NCBI GenBank assembly: GCA_903873735.1 | Contig: CAIQPO010000094.1 | Coordinates: forward strand, 1-39,664 | DNA from: Candidatus Collierbacteria bacterium | GTDB taxonomy: Bacteria > Patescibacteriota > Microgenomatia > UBA1400 > MFAQ01 | Length of the DNA stretch: 39,664 bases | Direction of reading: 5' to 3' | Part shown: positions 8,742-15,783 of the stretch, in pieces | Layout: the number at the start of each line of letters is the position of its first letter | Numbering within the stretch: position 1 is the first letter of the stretch | The notes under the pieces: model-generated | Database searches by the model: none | The model's input: the letters and a program-made list of their open reading frames with translations, nothing else | What the model was told of the DNA's origin: nothing | Made by a program: the position numbers and the translations under genes

Positions 8742-9716
8742 ATGGAGAAAAACCCGAGGGATGTAGTAATTATTGGTGGGGGTCCTAGTGGATACACGGC
8801 AGCAATATATTTGGCTAGAGCCGAGCATAAACCCTTGGTACTAGCTGGCGAAAAGAAGGGCGGTCAGCTGATGTATACCACTGAGGTGGAGAACTTCCCA
8901 GGGTTTGAGGAAGGAATAATGGGTCCGGACTTGATGCTTAAAATGGAGGAACAGGCAAAAAAATTTGGAGCCGAGATCAGAGGGGTAAACGTGACAAAGG
9001 TAGAGCTGTTGGGTGAAATAAAGAAAGTGTATGTAGGAGACGAGGTGATTGAGGCGAAATCTGTGATTATCTCAACAGGAGCTTGGTCGAGAATGCTAGG
9101 AGTGGGCGAGGAGATGCTGCTTGGAAGAGGAGTTAGTACTTGCGCAGTGTGTGACGCTGCTTTTTTTAGGAACAAGAAAACTGTGGTGGTGGGTGGAGGA
9201 GATGCAGCAATGGAGGATGCTTTGGCACTGTCTAAGTTTGCCTCGGAAGTACTTATTGTCCACAGAGGAGATAGCTTTAAGGCAAGCAAGATTATGCAAC
9301 AGAGAGTATTTGCGACTGCAAATATAAAGGTGCTTTGGAATAGTGAAGTGGTTGGTGTGGCAGGTGAGCAGAAATTGGAAGGGGTAATGATTAAGAGTGC
9401 TGAAGATGAAGCTGAGGTGAAGTGTGATGGTTTGTTTTTGGCAATCGGGCATCTACCTCAGACAAGCTTGTTTGATGGACAGTTGGCTTTAAATGAAAAA
9501 GGATTTTTGCTGACGACGATGACAGGAATAATGGCGGATAAGTGGAAGGTGACAGAGGCTGATTACTGGCTGGATGGATATCCAACTATGACATCTGTAG
9601 AAGGAGTGTTTGGTTGTGGGGATGTAGTGGATTACAGATATCGTCAAGCGATTACTGCTGCAGGGATGGGATGTCAGGCGTCTTTGGATGTGGAGAAGTA
9701 TTTGGCTAAGGGTTAA
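8742..9716 (+). CDS. trxB: Thioredoxin-disulfide reductase
   Basis: FAD motif VVIIGGGPSG, redox-active CAVCD, NADPH motif VVGGGDAAMEDA, C-terminal GDV...QAITAAG. Confidence 0.92.
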   Translation: MEKNPRDVVIIGGGPSGYTAAIYLARAEHKPLVLAGEKKGGQLMYTTEVENFPGFEEGIMGPDLMLKMEEQAKKFGAEIRGVNVTKVELLGEIKKVYVGDEVIEAKSVIISTGAWSRMLGVGEEMLLGRGVSTCAVCDAAFFRNKKTVVVGGGDAAMEDALALSKFASEVLIVHRGDSFKASKIMQQRVFATANIKVLWNSEVVGVAGEQKLEGVMIKSAEDEAEVKCDGLFLAIGHLPQTSLFDGQLALNEKGFLLTTMTGIMADKWKVTEADYWLDGYPTMTSVEGVFGCGDVVDYRYRQAITAAGMGCQASLDVEKYLAKG

Positions 9717-9756
9717 GTAAGGGAAGAGAGCTTGGTAGATAATATAGAATTTAAAT

Positions 9757-10545
9757 ATGAAAGTAATTAGTTGGAATGTGGCTGGATTTAGAAGGGCAAA
9801 GACACTTGCTACTTTTGACTATTCTGAAATTGATTATGATTATTTTAGTAATAAGATAGCGAGCTTCAATCCCGATGTAATTTGTTTGCAAGAGGTGCTG
9901 ATAGGTGAGATTGATCAAATGGAGGTGATGGCAAAGAAGTTGGGTTACGAGTATTGGAAAAGTGTAAAGATGAGCCCAGACCATACAGGTAAGGATGATT
10001 GGATTGGTTTAGGAATTATTTCAAAAGAGGTAATAGATGACACTCAGATTGAAGTGTTGCCATATCCAACTTTTAAACTAGTTTTCCCTGATGGCAGGGA
10101 AGCTCAAAAGTTTGATAAGTTGATATTGAAGGCAAAAATTGGTGATGTAGCGGTAGCGACTACTCAGCTGCAACCACTGCATTATTGGGGTTATAACTAT
10201 TACGAAACCCCAGGGTATGAATACGGACGTGAGATCTCTAAACTGATAGCGGGCTTAATAAATAATGAAACAGTATTAACTGGTGATTTTCAATTTAGTA
10301 GAACCTCATTGGTTTTTAAGGAGTTGTATGGGGATATACAGCTGAAAGATTCCTTACCAGAAGTGTTTACTAGAAAGAGAGAAAATGGAAAACACACCAT
10401 ATCTGACCATATATTTATACCCAGTGCAGGCGTGGTAGTGGATTCGAGAGTTGAAGAGACGATGACGGATCATTTCTTATGTTTCGTTGATTTCTCACAG
10501 AATGTATCTAGATTGGAAGAGATGAAAAAATTGGTAAAGGGTTGA
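9757..10545 (+). CDS. Endonuclease/exonuclease/phosphatase (EEP) family protein
   Basis: N-terminal SWNVAG, LQEV, and C-terminal SDH/TDH motifs typical of the ExoIII/DNase I fold. Confidence 0.7.
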   Translation: MKVISWNVAGFRRAKTLATFDYSEIDYDYFSNKIASFNPDVICLQEVLIGEIDQMEVMAKKLGYEYWKSVKMSPDHTGKDDWIGLGIISKEVIDDTQIEVLPYPTFKLVFPDGREAQKFDKLILKAKIGDVAVATTQLQPLHYWGYNYYETPGYEYGREISKLIAGLINNETVLTGDFQFSRTSLVFKELYGDIQLKDSLPEVFTRKRENGKHTISDHIFIPSAGVVVDSRVEETMTDHFLCFVDFSQNVSRLEEMKKLVKG

Positions 10546-10668
10546 GGGTAAGAATGGTCAACGTAAAGGGTCTGTCAGTTGGTCGCGACTGTATTTTTTG
10601 GCGCAATATCTAGAGCGTTGTTTTTTCAGATAATTTTTCGAGTGCTTGAGACTGGTAAAATAAAAGAA

Positions 10669-12339
10669 ATGGGTAAGCTTAGACAATTGATAACGCAAGC
10701 GATTTGCTCTTCAGCGGGAGTAGAGAATTTTACAGTGGAAAGAACTCAGGATTCAAGCAAGGGGGATTTGGCCACTAATGTGGCGATGGTGGGATATAAG
10801 AGCGCCGGTTTCTCATCTCCACGAGAGATGGCAGAGAGAGTGGTGGAAAGCTTGAGAGATAATTCTGAATTAGAGACAGTAATTAGTAAGATTGAAATTG
10901 CAGGACCTGGCTTTATAAACTTTTATTTGAAACAGGAATATGTTAAGAAAGTGTTGAGTGATGAATCTGCTGGGTGTGAGTTGATGAAAGGGAAACGAGT
11001 GTTGGTGGAGTATAGTTCGCCGAATATCGCAAAAAGGTTTTCGGTGGGTCACTTGAGATCAACAATTATTGGTAATTCCCTGGAAAGAATATTTAAAGCA
11101 ACGGGGGCTAGAGTGACGAATGATAATCACTTAGGTGATTGGGGAACACAGTTTGGAATGATAATCGCCGTAGTGGAGGAAAAAGACCTGGATGTGGAGA
11201 AGATGTCGGTGGCTGACTTGGAGAATGAATATGTGGAGTTTAACAAGAGGATGACTGAAACCCCCGGTCTTAGGGAGAAAGCAAAAGAAGCGTTTTGGAG
11301 ATTGGAAAAGGGAGACGCATCGGCTAGAAAGATTTGGGAGCAGTCTGTGGCGGTGTCAATGAGCGAGTTTGACAAGATTTACAAGAGATTGGGGGTGGAG
11401 TTTGAACATTCTTTGGGTGAAAGTGCTTATGAGACAGACATGCCTGCAATAATTAAAGAAGCAAAGAAAAATAAAGTTGCGGTAGAAGGAGAGAATGGCG
11501 CTTGGGTGGTGAAGTTTGAGAAAGATGGAAAGGAATATATGCCTCCGGCGATGTTAGTAAAATCTGATGGGACGACAACCTACTTTACGAGAGACTTAGC
11601 TACTATCAGAAGGAGACTGGATGAAGATGAGTTGAGGGCAGATTTGTATATATATGAGGTAGGTGGTGAGCAGAGATTACACCTTAGACAAGTGTTTGAA
11701 ACTGTAGAAAAATTGGGGTGGGCAAAAAAGGAAAGGTTTGTGCATGTAGCACATGGTCTCTTAACCTTGCCAGAGGGCAAGATGAGTACTAGAAAAGGGA
11801 ACACGATTAAATTGGAGGATTTGCTATGGAAATCAAAAGATGAAGCCAGGCGTGTGGCAGGGGTGGAGATTGCTGATGAAGAAATAGAGAAGTTGTCGCT
11901 TGCTAGTGTGAAGTACAACGAACTAAAACGCTCTCCGGGATTGGATTATGTGTTTGTGTGGGATGAGGCTTTGTCGATGGAGGGAAATAGTGCGCCATAT
12001 ATTAACTATGCTTATGTAAGAGCAAAGAAGATTGTAGCGGAGAAAAATATTGATGGTAAGAAACTAAGAGATTTTGAAGGAGAAGAAATTGGTCTTTCAA
12101 AAATGCTTATAGAGTTTGTGGAGGGAGATGTGGTTGAGCGAGCCGCAAAGACATATGCCCCGCAAGTGATTTGTAACTATTTATTTGAGCTGTCGAAGAA
12201 GTTTAATGCGTTTTATGATCACAATCGTGTACTGGGGGATGATCGAGAAAAGGAAAGGTTGTTTTTGGTGGCGAAGCTCGCAGAGGTGATAAAGCAAGGG
12301 GCTCTCTTGCTGGGGATTGATCTAGTAGAGAAGATGTAG
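10669..12339 (+). CDS. argS: Arginine--tRNA ligase
   Basis: SSPNIAKRFSVGHLRS (HIGH-type region), MSTRKG (KMSKS-type), C-terminal DALR anticodon-binding region. The track start at 10579 is TTG with a hydrophobic non-homologous extension, so ATG 10669 is preferred. Confidence 0.92.
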   Translation: MGKLRQLITQAICSSAGVENFTVERTQDSSKGDLATNVAMVGYKSAGFSSPREMAERVVESLRDNSELETVISKIEIAGPGFINFYLKQEYVKKVLSDESAGCELMKGKRVLVEYSSPNIAKRFSVGHLRSTIIGNSLERIFKATGARVTNDNHLGDWGTQFGMIIAVVEEKDLDVEKMSVADLENEYVEFNKRMTETPGLREKAKEAFWRLEKGDASARKIWEQSVAVSMSEFDKIYKRLGVEFEHSLGESAYETDMPAIIKEAKKNKVAVEGENGAWVVKFEKDGKEYMPPAMLVKSDGTTTYFTRDLATIRRRLDEDELRADLYIYEVGGEQRLHLRQVFETVEKLGWAKKERFVHVAHGLLTLPEGKMSTRKGNTIKLEDLLWKSKDEARRVAGVEIADEEIEKLSLASVKYNELKRSPGLDYVFVWDEALSMEGNSAPYINYAYVRAKKIVAEKNIDGKKLRDFEGEEIGLSKMLIEFVEGDVVERAAKTYAPQVICNYLFELSKKFNAFYDHNRVLGDDREKERLFLVAKLAEVIKQGALLLGIDLVEKM

Positions 12340-13827
12340 ATGGTAAAATCAGTCATGGCCGGAAGACTAGATCAAATTTTAACTGAAAGAGAAGAAAAAA
12401 TTACCAAACTCAAATCTTTGGGGATTGAACTGTATCCTGCACAGTCTAAAAAAGAGTTTTCTAATAAGGAAGTGGTGGATGGGTTTGAACAGTTTTCAGG
12501 GAAAAAGGTGAGCTTGGCTGGAAGAATTATGGCTTGGAGAGACTTAGGCAAGCTGGTTTTTGTTTCGATAAAAGATGAGAGTGGAAAAATTCAGCTATTT
12601 TTTAGAGGAGATTTGGTTAAATCTTTTAGTAAGGAAGAGCAGAGATTGGGCTTTGAAGAGCTTAAACTCTTGGACATTGGTGATGTGATTCAGGCTTGGG
12701 GAGAGGTGGCGAAGACCAAGACTGGTGAGGTGTCGATTATGGTGGAAGAGGTGAAGCTGCTGACAAAATCAAGAAAACCCCTACCAGATCAATGGTCTGG
12801 GATGAGTGACCCTGATGAGAAGTTTAGAAAAAGATATTTGGATTTATTGATGGAGCCGGAAAAAGTAGAAAGATTTAAGCGAAAAGCTAAGTTTTGGAGC
12901 GAGACGAGAAAGTTTTTGATGGATAGAGGTTTTGTGGAGGTGGAGACTCCCATATTGGAGTCGGTTACCGGTGGAGCTGATGCTAAACCTTTTGTGACTC
13001 ACATGAATTCAATCGATCAAGATTTTTATTTGAGAATTTCAACAGAGTTGTTTCAGAAGAGACTGATCGGAGCTGGTTTTGAGAAGGTGTTTACTTTGGG
13101 TCCAAACTTTAGAAATGAAGGCATGGATGATGAACACTTGCCCGAGTACTATCAATGCGAGTGGTATTGGGCTTTTGCAGATTATCGCAACAACATGGAT
13201 TTAGTTCGTGATTTATACAGGCACTTGGCAAAATCTGTTTATGGGAAAACTAATTTTATTAGCCATGAGATGGAGTATGACTTGGCAAAAGATTGGGATG
13301 AGATTGATTACAAAAAATCAATTTTGGAAAAACTGGGGGTGGATATTGATCAGGCAACAGATGAGGAGATGCTTGAGGTGGTAAAGAAAAATGGGGTGAG
13401 GCTTACGGGTGAGATAAATAGACAGAGGCTGATTGATAACTGCTGGAAGATTGTACGAAAGTCAATTGCTGGTCCAGCGTATTTGGTGAATGTGCCAAAA
13501 TTTATGTCGCCTTTGGCAAAATCAAAATCTAGTGAGCCAGAAATTACCGAGAGATTTCAGCCAATAATTGCTGGATCAGAGCTGGGTAATGGTTATTCTG
13601 AGCTTAACGACCCCATTGACCAAAGAGAAAGATTTGAGGAGCAGCAAGCTGCGAGAGAAGCTGGGGATGAAGAAGCACAAATGATGGATTTGGAGTTTGT
13701 AGAAATGCTTGAGTACGGCATGCCTCCAACTTCAGGGTATGGGTTTTCAGAAAGACTGTTCTGGTTTTTTGAAGATATTTCAGCTAGAGAGGGTACACTT
13801 TTCCCACCTCTAAGAATTAAAAAATAA
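12340..13827 (+). CDS. lysS: Lysine--tRNA ligase, class II
   Basis: N-terminal OB anticodon-binding domain. Class II motifs FVEVETPIL, FRNEG and GYGFSERL. Confidence 0.93.
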   Translation: MVKSVMAGRLDQILTEREEKITKLKSLGIELYPAQSKKEFSNKEVVDGFEQFSGKKVSLAGRIMAWRDLGKLVFVSIKDESGKIQLFFRGDLVKSFSKEEQRLGFEELKLLDIGDVIQAWGEVAKTKTGEVSIMVEEVKLLTKSRKPLPDQWSGMSDPDEKFRKRYLDLLMEPEKVERFKRKAKFWSETRKFLMDRGFVEVETPILESVTGGADAKPFVTHMNSIDQDFYLRISTELFQKRLIGAGFEKVFTLGPNFRNEGMDDEHLPEYYQCEWYWAFADYRNNMDLVRDLYRHLAKSVYGKTNFISHEMEYDLAKDWDEIDYKKSILEKLGVDIDQATDEEMLEVVKKNGVRLTGEINRQRLIDNCWKIVRKSIAGPAYLVNVPKFMSPLAKSKSSEPEITERFQPIIAGSELGNGYSELNDPIDQRERFEEQQAAREAGDEEAQMMDLEFVEMLEYGMPPTSGYGFSERLFWFFEDISAREGTLFPPLRIKK

Positions 13828-13834
13828 TTTCTTT

Positions 13835-14410
13835 ATGAATGATAGTGATTTAATTGCGTCTAGGGAGTATAAGCAGATAGAGATTCCTGGGGTGGTAGTG
13901 GTGAGGTCGAGAAAATATTTTGGCGTGGAAGGTGGATGGCTTAGGGAGCAGTCGGATTTTTCTGAACTGACAAGTAATTTGGGCTACAGATTTGATGCTA
14001 GAGTGATGTATACGATTTGGTCTCCACCAGGAGTGATAAGAGGGGGGCATTTGGAGGGAAGATCAAAGACTGCGACGATAATTACCGGTGCTGCTTTTAT
14101 GGCACTGGTAGATATGAGACCTGGAGAGCAACAAGGAAAGGCGGTTGGGGTATATCTGGGGAATCATGATCGAGCTTGGGGAGACACAATGTTTATACCC
14201 GAAGGAGTGCTTAATGCATTTGTTCCTCTAAATAATGAGTGTCTTTACACAGGAGTGGGAGATAGGCCATTTAATAGATTTGATTCTCTTAGGGCTTTGG
14301 ATTTGTTTGATCCTGAATTAGGGTTAGAGTGGCCGGCTGGGACAAAACCTCAAGACAGTCACGAAGAGAAAGAAATACTTTCATTAAGAGAGTTTATTGA
14401 AAAACTTTAG
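13835..14410 (+). CDS. Divergent RmlC-like cupin (dTDP-4-dehydrorhamnose 3,5-epimerase family)
   Basis: IPGVVVV, GGWLRE, SPPGVIRGGH, SKTATIITGAAFMALVDMR, FIPEGVLNAF and DPELGLEWP follow the order of the RmlC motifs. Confidence 0.65.
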   Translation: MNDSDLIASREYKQIEIPGVVVVRSRKYFGVEGGWLREQSDFSELTSNLGYRFDARVMYTIWSPPGVIRGGHLEGRSKTATIITGAAFMALVDMRPGEQQGKAVGVYLGNHDRAWGDTMFIPEGVLNAFVPLNNECLYTGVGDRPFNRFDSLRALDLFDPELGLEWPAGTKPQDSHEEKEILSLREFIEKL

Positions 14411-14413
14411 TCT

Positions 14414-15427
14414 ATGAAGAATACTAATGAACAGGTTTTTTACGAAGTGGCAGAGATGCCTGAATCAAATAGATACTGGCTTAGAAGACAGTTTTGGGAT
14501 GCAGCTAGTGGGAAACAGAGATCGGTTACGGTGTCATTGGAGCTGCTTTTTCAGGGGGACTGGAGTTTGAGAATTGAAGAGAGGCGATCTTCGGTTTATT
14601 GGCAACTCTTAACTCTAAACATTGATGGAGAGGAGAGAGTGGTCTTTGAGAGATTTGTGAGAGGAAAGCGGGGAGTAAAAAATGACTATATTAGTTTGGG
14701 TTATTTACCGAGATGGGTAACCAAAGAGCTTGATTTGGTACTTGAAGAGATGAGAAGAAGAAAGATGGATGTTGGTGGAAGGAGGTTTTTAAAAGATGTA
14801 TTGCACAGGATAAAGAGGGATAGAAAAGAAATTAAGTCTAAGCTGACTGCAGTAGTGGAGAAGACGGGAATTGGGGGTCTTTTCAAAATTGTGTCACAAA
14901 CTCGTGGTGACGAGAGGGGTAGCTTTAGGGAGGTGGTGAGGTTTCCTGAGGTAGAACTCTTAACAGGCTATGATTTTATCGGTAAGCAGGTAAACCACTC
15001 ACACTCGATTTATGGAACTTTAAGAGGTTTGCATGTGGAGCCTTGGGCAAAGCTGGTGACGGTGATATCAGGACTAGCTGCTTGCGTGTTTTTGGATTGC
15101 AGACCAAACTCTAAAACATTTGGGAAGACTCAAACCATTTATTTGGGTTTTGGCAAAACACCTGATGGGGAAGAAGTTAAGGGCGGAGCAATATTCGTGG
15201 AACAGGGTATAGCTAATTCATTTATTGTGCTGTCGGATAAGCTTGATTATTCTTACGTGGTCGATGACTTATGGACTCCTGGGACAGCGACCTATGCGGT
15301 GAATCCAATGGATCCAAAGCTTGAAATTCCTTGGACTAGCTGGGTGGCTGAAGAAAAAATAATCAGATCAGATAGAGATATTGCGTCTCCTGGTTTCGAT
15401 GAGTTTGTGAAGTCGCTAAGTAAATAG
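14414..15427 (+). CDS. RmlC-like sugar-nucleotide epimerase cupin with an N-terminal extension of about 150 aa and unknown function
   Basis: The C-terminal 190 aa contain GDERGSFREV, QVNHSHSIYGTLRGLHVEPWAKLV, FLDCRPNSKTFGK, VEQGIANSF and DYSYVVDDLW. Confidence 0.75.
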   Translation: MKNTNEQVFYEVAEMPESNRYWLRRQFWDAASGKQRSVTVSLELLFQGDWSLRIEERRSSVYWQLLTLNIDGEERVVFERFVRGKRGVKNDYISLGYLPRWVTKELDLVLEEMRRRKMDVGGRRFLKDVLHRIKRDRKEIKSKLTAVVEKTGIGGLFKIVSQTRGDERGSFREVVRFPEVELLTGYDFIGKQVNHSHSIYGTLRGLHVEPWAKLVTVISGLAACVFLDCRPNSKTFGKTQTIYLGFGKTPDGEEVKGGAIFVEQGIANSFIVLSDKLDYSYVVDDLWTPGTATYAVNPMDPKLEIPWTSWVAEEKIIRSDRDIASPGFDEFVKSLSK

Positions 15428-15444
15428 GGGTGTATAATTGGGTT

Positions 15445-15579
15445 AGGTTAATTGCTTTGTTTGATGTGGCTACCAACCACTAGAAGCAGGCGGTCAATGC
15501 CAGATTTGACGAATTAAGAAGGCTACCAGCAAGCAGGATGGAACCACCCGAATGGGTTCCTGCAGAGAGGTAGTTTTTT
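15445..15579 (+). ncRNA. Candidate small RNA or long 3' terminator element of unknown class
   Basis: A perfect TATAAT (15433-15438) lies upstream. There are two direct repeat modules, GGCTACCA...AAGCAGG (15468-15490 and 15521-15537). A long interrupted hairpin pairs CTACC 15523-27 with GGTAG 15569-73, GCA 15533-35 with TGC 15561-63, and GGAACC 15540-45 with GGTTCC 15555-60. It is followed directly by T6 (15574-15579). Confidence 0.4.
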
Positions 15580-15602
15580 GATTATTGATAAGTTCATTAA
15601 CT

Positions 15603-15747
15603 AGGCCTTTAGACAACATCATTTTTAACAATCGGAATACTTTTCCAGCGAAAAAGTTTCCTGATTCGCAGCTTACTGGTCGCAAGAGCGACGCCGTGCC
15701 AGTAAGCTTTACGAAACCTTGTTAAAAACGATATTGTCTTATGCCTG
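15603..15747. ncRNA. Candidate structured RNA domain (three-way junction); strand unresolved
   Basis: A 19-bp closing helix pairs 15611-15629 with 15721-15739 (17 Watson-Crick pairs) and is extended by AGGC/GCCT. It encloses a 10-bp hairpin at 15634-15661 and a 10-bp hairpin at 15670-15708 that has a nested CGC-AAGA-GCG stem. Confidence 0.45.
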
Positions 15748-15783
15748 GAGACTAATAATTAAAATTTATTGAGAATAAATAAT

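Noticed and set aside
10579-10668. Upstream TTG/GTG starts proposed by the ORF track: argS 10579, CsoR-like 8111, thrS 15769, CaCA 1698, cassette gene 35325.
   Set aside because: The N-terminal extensions do not align with the respective families. In-frame ATG codons further downstream give canonical N-termini, so the coordinates were adjusted accordingly.
15494-15685. 63-aa - strand ORF inside the thrS-upstream intergenic region.
   Set aside because: It lies entirely within sequence that folds into long helices and has no recognisable start context or motif. The region is better explained as structured RNA, and the ORF is probably fortuitous.
15428-15768. Assignment of the structured region to a T-box leader, RNase P RNA, tmRNA, SRP (4.5S) RNA or a tRNA.
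   Set aside because: I looked on both strands for each conserved core and found none intact:
- T-box core AAnnnGGGUGGnACCGCG.
- RNase P GGAAAGUCC and ACAGAAnCCGGCUUA.
- tmRNA GGGG...UUCGA...CCACCA ends.
- SRP GGAA tetraloop with the AGCA loop.
- A cloverleaf fold.

GGCUACCAGC and CGCAAGAGCG are only weak partial resemblances.
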